DNA of 60,020 nucleotides, filler included, from Asterionella formosa (Eukaryota): assembly GCA_002256025.1 (NCBI GenBank). It is 12 parts of 12 records of this genome, joined end to end, with 100 filler letters (N's around TTAATTAATTAA, not from the genome) between each part and the next. Parts side by side here need not be neighbours in the genome. Positions count along the whole stretch, not along the records: positions 1 to 4,933 come from NKIB01013292.1; positions 5,034 to 9,960 come from NKIB01013293.1; positions 10,061 to 14,979 come from NKIB01013295.1; 9 more parts are not named here. The stretch is one strand, 5' to 3'. This document shows, one piece after another, positions 1 to 12,149 of this stretch. A program made the position numbers and the translations under genes. The stretch's first letter is position 1. The number at the start of each line of letters is the position of its first letter. The notes under the pieces are model-generated. The model searched no databases. It was not told the DNA's origin and saw only the letters and a list, made by a program, of their open reading frames with translations.

Positions 1-114
1 GATTCAAAACCAAATATCCAATGCTGACATCATCTTATGATATTCCATGGTAACGGTCCTATAACCGGCAATGAAATAATAACCATATGTACATACATCA
101 CTCATACTTTCGTT

Positions 115-690
115 ACTCTCCCTCTCAACCAAAAAGAGTCGGGGTCACCAACCCATAAGAAGCAGCCAAGCGGCCTGAAACTTGACAGTGCAAAGACCGT
201 TGGTGAACTGATTGGCAAGCTGGTGATCTTTGGTGTCAATAGGTTCGACATGGATATCAAGGTTGACAATCTTTGTGCGAAACCAGTGATATGGAATGCC
301 AATGTGTTTGGTGCGAGGAGATAGTTGTGCCATGCGCGCAAACTTTAAACAAGCATGGTTATCCTCATAGAGGATTGATTGATCAATGGCATGATAAGGA
401 ACAGTACCCTCTGCAACATCTGTGAACGATTTGGAATGCGCATGATATGCAATACTTGGTTGAATTTCGAATACAACAGCCATAAATTCTTTGAGTATTT
501 CACGAATTGGAATGAGGTCACGCATCGCCTGAGAAAGAGCCACGTATTCAGCCTCCATGGTACTCAAGGCAATTTGAGTCTGCATCTTGGATACCCAGAG
601 GAGAGGGCTGCCTTTGTACAGCACAACATAGCCAGTACGGGACTTGACTGAAATGGGATCTTGATTATCTTCAACAGCAAAAAGAGGGTT
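115..690 (-). mobile_element. Ty1/copia pol 3' fragment (RNase H) with polypurine tract
   Basis: Translates DPISVKSRTGYVLLYKGSPLLWVSKMQTQIALSTMEAEYVALSQAMRD...EDNHAC...SPRTKHIGIPYHWFR, the typical copia RNase H. Stop at 145; purine tract GAGAGGGAGAG (minus strand, ~116-126) follows. Confidence 0.9.
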
Positions 691-726
691 CAGAGTGTCA
701 CTAAATGCAGGGAGAAATGCGAGACA

Positions 727-1277
727 TTAAGCACTGCATGGCGCAAGATTCAGAATAGAGGAAGGAAAGGGCGAGACAGGAACAATATACATTGACCCGA
801 GTAGAGAGAGAAACGTTGGGTCGCTGGCCTGTAAAAGCATAGATAGCATTGCTAAATTTGTCAATTGAATTAAGATCCGTTCCAATCCTTTTTCAACAAT
901 CCTTGTAATTAGAAATATGATCATGTTTAAGATAGACATACGATGAAATAATTCAAATGATAGCATATAGTTTAGCTGATTTTAGGATGCATTATAGTAG
1001 TTATAATTTACATCGGGCGATCACGAGAAGTGAAAATAATATGAGAAGGTTTATGATATTGACGAGAAATGTTGTTGATCAGTTTATATACATTGTGTGA
1101 TGATAATGCTCCTATTATCATTATTCTTCAAGGTCGGTAACATATTAATAAATCATCATAGATACAAGATACCTTGATCATATTTTTGATCCAAAAATTA
1201 TCATATATACGAAAATCTTGTGCCACTTAACGATACCCTTGATCCTATAAGCATGATACTTTTTATTTGCAGACGAT
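727..1277. repeat. AT-rich interspersed repeat R, copy 1
   Basis: GTAGAGAGAGAAACGTTGGGTCGCTGGC... and downstream sequence match 3297-3577 (near-identical) and 6886-7435 (more diverged). Confidence 0.9.
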
Positions 1278-4112
1278 GATAACTCTTCCCTTTCAACTAG
1301 GTTTTGCTCCAGTTCGGTGGACAAACGCCTTCCAGATTATGCTCGAAAAAGATGTGGGAAACCCTCTCTTCACATCTATCCATGTCATTCAAGCAATTAT
1401 TAGAGGCAGACATGAATTTGGCGTTTCGCCTTCTGTGGGGCAGACGGTTGGTATACCATGCTCTTGATCACAATACTCTTAATAAATGGAATTTTAGGAA
1501 TCTCCAGCTACCTAAGTGCCTTGTTACTAAAAGTACTTTTCTACGACTACATCCGCCTTCGTCGCACCGCCGCAGTGATCTTCAATAACAATGCCAAAGC
1601 CTGCTATGACCGGATAGTACCCTCCCTAGGTCTTATGGCCACAGAACGATTTGGGATCCCAAATTCCGCAGCAAAATGCATGTTAGCAATAATTCTTGCC
1701 ATGACCTTCTATGTCCGCACAGCATAACATGGTGGTGTCTCTACCACATCATTCACGACCACAACCACCCTCCTTATCCTTGGCGTCCTCCAGGGGAGTG
1801 GTGCGGCACCTTGCATCTGGATGTGTCTTAGCAATGTCCTGCTACATGCCCTCAGCTCCTTAACAGATGGTTTCTATGCACGTTGCCCCCATGGCTTACT
1901 TGTCTCTCAACGCCCAGGCGAAGCATTTGTGGATGACACTGACCTGTGACGATCCTCTGACATCCTTACTGGTTCAGAGCTAGTCGCCTCAATGGCAGAA
2001 GTTGCACAACATTGGGAGCGCCTTCTTTATGCTAGTAGTGGCGCTCTAGCCCTGCAAAAAAATTTCTTCTAGTACTTAATGGACTGGACCTGGGATCGCC
2101 ACGGGTGCCCCTCCCTTCAACCAAACTCGGCCTCCCCCCATTTGACTCTCAATATGACTTCCGGAAGATCTTCTCTTTCCTTTCCAATCCCGCAAATAGA
2201 ATGTCACACCGGAAAACGCTCTCTCGGCGTCAGAGCAGCCCCTGATGGCTCGTTTCGTCAAGAATTTCATTTTCGTCTCACCCAAGCAAAAAAATGGGCA
2301 TTAAATATCTCCCTTGCACCACTCACAAGAACAGAAGTCTACACCGCATTCAGTGTAATGTGGAGTCCAGTTATCTCATATACTCTCTCTGTTACATCCT
2401 TCACACAACATCAGTGTACACAAATCCAGACAGCCTATGTCAGTGCATTTTTCTCTAAAATGGGCATCGCTTGAACCACTGCCTGCGCCACAATCTTCGG
2501 TTCTTCTTTCCACCACAGTGGTTTTCAAATCCCAGAACTGTGGGTTATGCAAGGCACCCATCACCTTTCATATCTCCTAGGACATTTGTGCGCCACAGAC
2601 AATGTGGGACGTCTCCTCCTCATCACTATGGATACTTTGCAACTTCACCTTGGCTTTTCTCAACCTCCATTTACATATCCTTACTCCCTGATCGAGCAGT
2701 ATGTCGAGACTTCCTGGGTGACCACCACCTGGATGTTTCTCCATGGGTTGCAGGGCAAGGTTGCCTTAATAGAACTGTGGGTCCTTCCCCTAGACAGAGT
2801 GGATGACAACATTCTAATGCCAGCAGTTTCTGCACTGCTAAACACTCCCATTCTCTCCAAAGCGGACATTCTTAAGTTTAATTGATGCCAACTACATCTT
2901 CAGGTCTTCAATCTTTCCGACCTAGTTGACAACTCAGGGCGCTCGATCACCTCAGACGCCTGGGCTGGAAACAAGAGCTCTCGCCGCTCGACCCTCCAAT
3001 GGCCCAAGCAAACAATCCCGTCCCTGTCAGTCCAGCTGGACAATTTGGCGTCGCATCCTGGCCTATTTGTACACAATCAGGAAACGGTCCCCACACCTCC
3101 GCCCTGAGCATCACCTTAAGGAATGGTATCCTGCTGGAACGTCTCACCAGCTTTGGCCCACCCTCCTTGACCTTCTTACCAACACCTTTTATTGCCGTCT
3201 GCACCAGGATCTCTCCCTTTTCTCTCCTTACCGTCGCACTGTACGTCTACGCTTTGCTCCCATTTCCAATCAGCTCCTCGACACTCTCCCTCCAATGTAG
3301 AGAGAGAAACGTTGGGTCGCTGGCCTGTAAAATCATAGATAGCAATGCTAAATTTGATAGTTAAATTAAGATCTGTTCCAATCCTTTTTTAACAATCCTT
3401 GTAATTAGAAATATAATCATGTTTAAGATAGACATACGATGAAATAATTCAAATGATAGCATATAGTTTAGCTGATTTTAGGATGCATTATAGTTATAAT
3501 TTACATCGGGCGATCACGAGAAGTGAAAATAATATGAGAAGGTTTATGATATTGACGAGAAATGTTGTTGATCAGTTGGGCTATGCAATGTCAAATTATA
3601 GCACCCAGCTACTCTAAAATTTTCTTATTCACTATTAGCTAATATACTTATGATTAATCAATCTTTTTTCTATGATGTATTGTTGATAACAATTGTGTAC
3701 ATATTTTATCGTATTTCTCATCCACCCAATGGCAAGACCGCAATGACTGTGGTCCCAAGTAAAAGACTCAGCACATTAGTCATTGTTGTTACAGCAGCAT
3801 ATCAACACCCCCTTTCGGTTCCAATAGATGAGAGAGGCCATCTCTTTGGTCTACCACTATCTCAACATCTTCAACTCACCCCATCACACATGGAAGCCTG
3901 GCTGGCTACCTATAAAGCTGGCCAGTACCGCCTTACCAGTCAAATTAAACGCAACAAGCGCCGGCAGGTTACTATCACCCAGTACCTAGTTCGCAGAACC
4001 CAAACCCGTTGCCCTTCCGAAACGATCTGATCACCACACTTGAATTCCGTGGGGCGCTCTGCGCCCCAGTGCGACCCATCAACCTCCACAATTAGTCGAC
4101 TTTATTAAAGCG
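1278..4112 (+). mobile_element. Degenerate non-LTR retrotransposon (Ambal-like), RT region to 3' end, interrupted at 3297-3716
   Basis: Frameshifted, stop-containing RT motifs: MLEKDVGNP..QLLEADMNL, NNAKACYDRIVP, GVLQGSGAAPCIW (~1780-1820), GEAFVDDTDL (~1915-1948), then RSLGVRAAPDG. C-terminal ORF tail ends at 4030. The Ambal clade call is from recalled motif style. Confidence 0.8.
3297..3716. repeat. Filler segment copied from both flanks of the LINE
   Basis: 3297-3577 matches 801-1084; 3610-3716 matches 4113-4219. Confidence 0.85.
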
Positions 4113-4569
4113 TACTCTAAAATTTTCTTATTCAATATTAGCTAATATACTTATGATTGATCAATCATTTTTCTATGATGTATTGTTGATAACAATTGTG
4201 TACATATTTTATCGTATTTTAAAATCATTGTATTATTTTCACATGATCATAGTTTGATTTGAAATATATCATAAACATTTTTTTAAATCATCAAAGTTCT
4301 ATGATCAATGTATCATAGCTATGTGATAAACATTATTCAATATGGATCAGTGTGAGTTATTACAACTTGAATTTTTAATTTTTTGTTCTGTCCCAGCTGC
4401 ATTGGACTTTGGCGACAATGTTTTATTGTCTGGAGATATCAGTTCAAATTGGCCTCAGTTGACAAAACTACGTAAAAAAATAAAAAAAATGAAGGGAAAA
4501 AATGGTTGCGAAAGAATTCAGCAAATCATTGACTTTTCATATTTTGTACACACTTAATGATTACAGGAC

Positions 4570-4933
4570 ATGTGAACTTTGGACATTAAAAAAACAACAA
4601 CGAGATGAGTGGAAAAAGTTCAACTGAGCTAGGACTCTTGTCAAGCTTAACTTTCTTATCATTGGGTCCTAATTGGTTAACTGTTAGACTCCACCGAGTT
4701 TTGTCTCTTGAAAAATCTCTTTTCTCCATCTTTGTCCAACAATAAATTCACTGGAAGACTTCCAACAGAGACTTGGAACTTGACAAGTCTCAATTATCTA
4801 GATTTTTCCATCAATACTTTCACTGGCACACTTCCCACAGAGATTGGACTCTTGACAAGTCTCAATTATCTATTTTTGTCCTCAAATACTTTCACAGGTA
4901 CACTTCCCACAGAGATTGGACTCTTGACAAGTA
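4570..4933 (+). pseudogene. Leucine-rich repeat protein fragment (24-aa LRR), 5' part frameshifted, runs into contig end
   Basis: LSNNKFTGRLPTETWNLTSLNYLDFSINTFTGTLPTEIGLLTSLNYLFLSSNTFTGTLPTEIGLLTS; 72-bp nucleotide periodicity. Confidence 0.8.
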
Positions 4934-5033
4934 NNNNNNNNNNNNNNNNNNNNNNNNNNNNNNNNNNNNNNNNNNNNTTAATTAATTAANNNNNNNNNNN
5001 NNNNNNNNNNNNNNNNNNNNNNNNNNNNNNNNN
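4934..5033. other. Artificial contig linker (first of 11)
   Basis: 100-nt N-TTAATTAATTAA-N, giving stops in all six frames. Also at 9961, 14980, 19996, 25007, 30015, 35019, 40021, 45023, 50023 and 55023. Confidence 0.98.
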
Positions 5034-6885
5034 TGGCGTACGATTGTACACCCAAAGCAGGGTTAGCATGGTGCATCTGTTCGTATCATAGGTAAGGATG
5101 CAATATAAAATATGTGAACATAGGGTTGAAATGAAGGAACCCTCCATATCTCTATACTGTAATAATAATGTGGTCTCGACTTTTGAATAAATATAAAAGT
5201 ACAGCTATAGTATCAGGTACCATGGTACCTGATAAAATAGTAAGGCGCATTTTGGATGGGGGTCCATACCAGTAGCTAGCCTAATATATTCTCAAAGCTA
5301 AATATTTGAATGATGCTGGAAATAATGTGAAAAAACAATAGTAGCTAAAGTATGCTGGTACTAGTGAAATGGAAAATTTTCTCAATATATGTAGCTGTGT
5401 GGTCTTTGACTACTTACCCATATCTCATTTTCCCTGCTGGCATGATAGTATGTGTGACAACATCAAAGATCCATGTTTTTTCATCCCACTAAGTACAAAT
5501 GCATAGAAATATACATTTTTTTCCTTAGTAGGAAGAACAAGTCAGTATTATCCTCCGTACTATACTTGAGGAAAAAACAATCTACATTTATACTATACAA
5601 AAAACAGATTGACCAAATGAGACGAATCATATCAAAGTTGCTGCTACTAAACAGGCATTGCTGGTTGTACGTGAATCAAGGTTCCAAAAGACTTGCTAAA
5701 ACATATGTATGCATCTGCCCTCCACCTCCTCCATCAGCCATACTACCTACTCAATATCAAACCCAGTGGAAGCCATGGTCACTGCCAATTTCAAATTTCC
5801 CTTTCGTGACTCATACATTGGTAAATTATTTCTATACAGGCGATATTAGAAATTATGTACAAGGAGGTTTTGGGCAGCCACAATTACCAACAATCCATCA
5901 CAATGGCGCTTTTTCCCTCACTCCCAAGACAAGAAGAGTGTGGAGAAGGATAATGCAGGTGACGCAAAACAATTGAATAAAGGTCATGTAAAACCCCTCT
6001 GGCTATTTCTGGCTGGCAAGTCACCATGATCCTTTCACAGCTGGTTTCTACTACCTTGTAAACCTTCTGTAGCACCCTATCAGATAGAAAATTTCCTTTC
6101 GAAAGAAGCAATGAATCATCAAGGGAAGATGGGGTGAATAAACGAAACTAGCAACAACATCATTGTCACCAAGAGCCTCAGCAAAACGCAGCTTCATACC
6201 ATAGCACGACATTTGTCTTGGCATCATATATATACCGGTAGTCGCATCCACTGTCGTTAATTTAAGTCGTCAAATTTTCGTTGTCGTTATTAGTGTTATT
6301 ACTTTACTTGTTTTACGATTGTATTTTCCATGTCGTTCTTAATACAGGTAGCAAGTCGTATTAAATCATTGTTTTCAATTTTCGTGGAGAAAATTCGCAT
6401 TTTCGTCATGGTCAAGGTTGCAATAACAGCCAAGATGAAGAATTTTCAAGCTGCTGTCTTCTCTAGTGTTTTGTATGTACAAATGAATCGCAACATGACA
6501 GCTAATTAATTATATACTAGTGCCTACGAGGACAAAAAGAATTATAGCACGATACATTGTCTATGACAAGATGATTGCTGGGTGTTTGGTTCCATCTCGA
6601 GAAAAAAAGCACAGGGGGGTCCAGCAACCATAGGTGGGGGGGGGGGACAATGAAGTATACGGTAGTTGATTGTAGGAGTATACCACATGAACTGATAGTT
6701 GGGTATATACCTGTTGTTTGTGTGATCGCTTATATGGGCGAGTAACACCATAGCATGGCACCATCATCATCAATCAGCAGCCGCAACAAAAAACGCAAAT
6801 CGTGCGTCAAAGCATGTGATCCCAACGTGCCTTCTTGCCTAGTAGTAATCCATCCAATCTAATTGTAGAGCTCGGATAGCATCAG

Positions 6886-7435
6886 TAAGGCACTGCGTCT
6901 CACACGATTCAGATCAGAGGAAGAAAGAGCGAGAAAGGAATATACATTGAGCCGAGTAGAGAGAGAAACGTTGGGTCGCTGGCATGTAGATTAATAGATA
7001 GCATTGCTTAACTTGATAGTTAAATTACGATCCATTTTAATCAATTTTGAACAATGCTTGTGATTAGAATTATGATCATGTTTACGATAGATTTACGATG
7101 AAACAATTCACATGATAGCATAGAGTTGAGCTGGTTTTAGGATACGTTGTAGTTATAATTTACATTGGGCGATCACGAGAAGTGAAAATAATATGAGAAC
7201 AAGGTTTATGATATTGATGGGAAATGTTGTTGATCAGTTTATATACATTGTGTGATAATAATGTTCTTATTATCATTATACTTCAAGGTCGGTAGCATAT
7301 TATGAAATCATCATAGATACAAGATACCTTAATCATATTTTTGATCCAAATTTTTTTCATATATACCAAAATCCTGTGCCACTTAGCGTACGATACCCTT
7401 GATCATATTTTCATGATATTTTTTATTTACAGACG
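6886..7435. repeat. AT-rich interspersed repeat R, copy 3
   Basis: Colinear similarity to 727-1277 from (T)AAG(G)CACTGC through TTTATTT(A/G)CAGACG. Confidence 0.85.
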
Positions 7436-8419
7436 GTATATTCATGTTAATTAAATTAGAAAATATAGTCTTTTTTGTGACAGTAATCAATTACAATTTC
7501 ACCATTCTTCAGGAGGACAAACTCTCCACAATGTATATTCATGGAAACTAAATTAAAAAATCCACCAGTGTCTCAACTGTTCGCATATGAAGGATTATGT
7601 AGCCAACATACAAAATTTCTACGTGAGGGTCGTCCTACTCGAAAAAATGCGTTTTTTATGAGTTACATAGACGTGAACATGCATATACTCGGTTTCTGTA
7701 ATTAAATTTTTAGCATTTAAATATATTAATCGAAACCAATTTAACATACGCATATTCATTGGAAGCATGTACATATCGCCAACTGCTGTTTCACATCGGC
7801 CGGCCAGTCAAATATTTGCTGGAAACCAAATGCAACAAGACACTATCATTATTATAACCTGAATAGAATAAATGTTTTTTGGTATACTTTCTACGGTTGT
7901 TGCACCTACATGGACCATGCCACCGGATGTTTAACGGTTACAATCCTCAGAATGAGCATACCGTTGTTTTCTTCCTTCCCATCATCGCCACTTTCGGGGT
8001 TGCACATTCCATAATTGAACGGAAGTTGCAGTTATTCTACTGTAATATCGTACTTTGTATGTATGTTGAGAATAGATGGTTCGAAGAAAAATGGGTCCTC
8101 ATGCATCTGCATTTTGCTCGAGATAGCTAAAAGTGAAAATCGAAAAATCCCAAAAACGGTTTTTTCAAATGTAGTTGCCAATTTTAATCTTTTTATATAT
8201 AATGTATAAATGATTCTGTAGCTTAGAACAAGCCGCACAGTAGGGCAATTGAGCCGGAGCAAATCGTAGGAGTCAAAATGGCCCCGGATAAATTTGAATT
8301 ATCGATGCAAGTGTTACTAGACAGAGGTAGTACCAGGTACACCAGGTACGAGGGTAAAGTGTCCCAGATGACATGTGTACAGCCAACTTGGCATCTTGTC
8401 CTTTTGCTTGGTGACGCTG

Positions 8420-9242
8420 TTTCCTGATAATCGCCCATACACACATGATACTTACGAAATTCGCAAATAAGTGTATAAACACAGATGCCAACAGGACAAA
8501 TGATACAGCATATGTAAAATGCAATGAGAAAACAACTACCAGAAAAAATGCCGGTCGTCCGGTATTCTCAGACGATCAATCTTCACTCCAAGCAAGTTCA
8601 ACATCGAAGTTCTAGATGTACCTTGTTATGCCCCACCACAGCCCACTGGTCAGGATTCAACAAGTAGGTTCTGGGTAATTATGAGCTTAATGATTAGTTT
8701 ATCTATATTAGCTCCTAGTCCAAGGGGACTCACAAGGGTCTTGATGAGTAGGGCATGTACTAGGTGTCAAGAGTCATGCTAGGTGTCATGTTTTAGCCTA
8801 GCATTGGTACATCTATTCTAGAGATAAATCTGTACCAATAGTTATCACGTAACATATAGCTGCGGGTACTTAATGCAATATGTACGACTACGAGCTACAT
8901 GCTAGTAACCGTGTGTATAGCATCACGTACTAATCATGATCACTCTCGTGTACATGTATATGTACTACGTACGTGTTCCATACTAGTCGTGTGCGTAATG
9001 TAAAAGGGTACACCTTTCACTTATGGTTGACGTGGTATACATACACAGTGCGTATTGTGTAAATTCTCTACAGTGAGAATAAACAAGTATATGGTCTGTA
9101 CAGAAGAGCCTATAAGGTTAACGTTATATAGGTTTACATACTGTACCATAAGTCATGTTAAATTATAAGGAGGTAATGAACGTGAAGTTCAGACTTTGTC
9201 CGTAGAACCGGCCTACCATCCGAACATTTCTACGAAAACCGG
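8420..9242. repeat. Interspersed repeat (inverted homologue of 30885-31160) split by a solo LTR
   Basis: 8420-8628 and 9161-9242 align in reverse complement to the contiguous 30885-31160. Confidence 0.75.
8629..9155. mobile_element. Solo LTR, 527 bp, with 5-bp TSD TGTTA
   Basis: Starts TG, ends CA; TGTTA at 8624-8628 and 9156-9160. The homologous repeat in contig 7 lacks the insert. Confidence 0.75.
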
Positions 9243-9721
9243 AATATAGTGTTCATGAAATGTCTGATGATACTTCCAATTTTCCTTGTTCCGAGTGGGC
9301 TTGCGCTACACCACTAGTCGGAGTACCAGTTTCATTTCTGCTGTGCTCGCTTGAATTGTATACAGAATTGTGCGTGATACTATCGGAAGTGTGTTTCAGC
9401 AGTTTGCACACACAAGAACCATAACAATGGTGTAAATCATTTAACACCGCTTCCAACGTGACATTATACTTGTTATATACATATACATGTCACGTCGATT
9501 AGACAATTCATTACCACATCGCTTGGCTGCAAACATTTTCAGGAATGTTTGGGAGAATCGCAAAACTTTTTCATTTCCTCGCAAATATATATAATCGGGT
9601 AAGAAACTCGGAACGACAGCAACAAGCAAAACATTTGACAGCACCTACATACAAATCAGCATCCCAAAGTTCTCTATCACTGAAAGGGACGGAGCATAGA
9701 CAAAGATTTTGTCTAAGCAAG

Positions 9722-9960
9722 ATGGATATTTTAAACATAACCAGTGAACGTCCTTCTGATGTCTGCACCTCTGTTCCAATTGAAGACGTAAGGCTGTCTC
9801 TTTTCAAAATGATTTGTGGTGATAGCGAGTATTTAGGAAAATGCAATCAGTTTGGACAACGAGACGTAAGGCTGTCTCGTTTCAAAATGATTTGTGGTGA
9901 TGGCGAGTACGCAGGAGAATGGAATCAGTTTGGACAACGAGAAGGGCGCGGGATCATGAA
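9722..9960 (+). CDS. Probable MORN-repeat protein, 3'-truncated by contig end
   Basis: GDGEYAGEWNQFGQREGRGIM fits the MORN consensus; 78-bp internal tandem duplication (9785-9862 / 9863-9940). Confidence 0.55.
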
Positions 9961-12149
9961 NNNNNNNNNNNNNNNNNNNNNNNNNNNNNNNNNNNNNNNN
10001 NNNNTTAATTAATTAANNNNNNNNNNNNNNNNNNNNNNNNNNNNNNNNNNNNNNNNNNNNAAGATATGATCAATTGACGCTCAGGGGAAGCTTGTTTATT
10101 GATTTCAGTAAATCCTGTGATATGGCTAACACATATATCTTCAGTCCAGCAGATTCATTGCTTGTTCACCTACTGCTACAAAAGATGACTCACAGATATC
10201 GTCTTGTCTGACTGGATGAACGTTGCAATACACTCAGATGCTCAGTCCCACCATAACAGTCTCAACAAGAAAGTCATAGTGATGTGGCTGGAAGATTACC
10301 TTCTTCATGATATCTCTGAGAGTCAATAACAGTGGCTGGATGCCATGATATTACTCAATAAAAAATTTCAAAATGTTTATAATCGACGTTGCTGCCTGTC
10401 TCAAGACCTTAAAGAAGCTCCTAAAACTCATGATAACTCATCCAGAAGATCAAGAGGTTTCCGCCAAGGAAGATTTGAGGTTGATTGTCATTTTGCTTGA
10501 TCGACAATGCGTGGCAACAAGTGTTTGAATGGAACAATGAAAAGAACACAAAATAATTGATTCGCTTGGTTTTGACTTACTTCGAGAGTCAACAATCATT
10601 CAAAGATCAACTCAAGCACATCCTCAAGCATGAGTTCTACCATAAGCCAAAATCGACTTCGCATCGCTGAAGGCAATCGTGTTATTTCGAGAGAACGCGC
10701 GTGCCTGGTGTCAATTTTCTAACACAAAATCGTAAATAAATAGTTGAAGTTGAAGACAATTCCATGACGCATCAAGAAAATAAGCGTGACTGGTGTCAAT
10801 TTTAACAAAAGATCGTCTTCGCATTGCTAAATGCAGTCCTGTGATGTATCAAGAGTACAACCACCATTTCAAGCGTAAATTTGTACATGATAATTTTGTA
10901 CTCAGTGGCAATGGCAGGGCACATGCATTTTAATGCAACCGACCACGCATGGGATATGAAACAACGGTCAAACATAAGGTTCATGGAGTTAACATTACTA
11001 ACACTACTAACCTTGTTCCTGTTCGGAATCCTGTTCCTGTTCCTGTTCCTCTCCTGGCGTAGAAATTCTACGCGGAGCAAATTATCATACTAACACAGCT
11101 AACTCTATTCAAGTTTTTTCTTCCGTGCATGTTTTATACAAGCAAATCCATGGGTTAACTCTATGATGATGTCTGGTTAGGGTACTGTGCCGAGGGCCAT
11201 ATCTGCCGACTATCATGAATCTGCCCAGGAAATTTTAGTGGTCATGAACCCTCCTGTTGGTCAGTAAGTGGCCGATGTGCCTAATAAAGAACCAGCAGAA
11301 TGCTGAACATATCGCCTTAACAGAAGTATGTGCAACAATAGCAACAATGCTATGATTTTAATTATATACATATATATATATATATATATTTATGAGCGAC
11401 AGCACATTGAATATGTCTTACATCAATCATTACCTGAATAACTTTTGTTATTTACAGCATAATTACAGGTTGGATATCACCGCTATTGTAACACGGGATA
11501 TTTTAAAATGCAAAGGTAGATTCAATATATCATTCCATATGCACATCTCAAGACCTGATTCCGGTCTCATTCTTTCTTTGCCTGTGAATGCATAAGCTTA
11601 ATTGCATTTCATTCTCATGTCATAGTAAGCAACCCAAGCATTGGTGGCTGCCTTGTATATGCATGACAAAAGATGAATTTTATTTGATTGCGGTGGGTCT
11701 TGATTTTTAACTTATGAATGGATTGTAATTCAGGACATTTCGATGTAAAATCGAACATTTATAATTAATATATACCATGCATGGCAGGTATGATCCCATC
11801 TTTTCTTCCTTTGCCAGTACTCAGCATGATGCTCCCAAAATTTAATCCGTCTGCTTGTATCTTGCAACAGAAGTACCTGGTCTTAGTACCTTCTGCGAGT
11901 TTGCTCATTTGTCCAGCTGATTAATTTATGATGAATAATTTACAAATACCATGTCCTGTCTGTATGGTGGATATATCAGTGTTTTTCTGCATGTCATGCA
12001 TTCCTATAATGATACGCACAGAACATTTGCACAATGGTTTGTTATATTTTGATACACCTATCAAGGATTATGTTTACACATGGAACATTCAAGCTCCTAA
12101 CTATACAGATACGGAAATATGCTGTTATGGCTGAAGTCCTCCAGCACCA

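Noticed and set aside
4978..4989. TTAATTAATTAA palindrome recurring every ~5 kb
   Set aside because: Always centred in a 100-nt N block; it is a synthetic six-frame-stop linker.
5473..6251. ORFs of 167, 75 and 66 aa
   Set aside because: No recognisable motif; may be decayed TE or gene sequence but cannot be supported.
10061..12100. Possible gag or host gene upstream of the Gypsy remnant
   Set aside because: Only short ORFs, (TTCCTG)n and (TA)n tracts; nothing I can assign.
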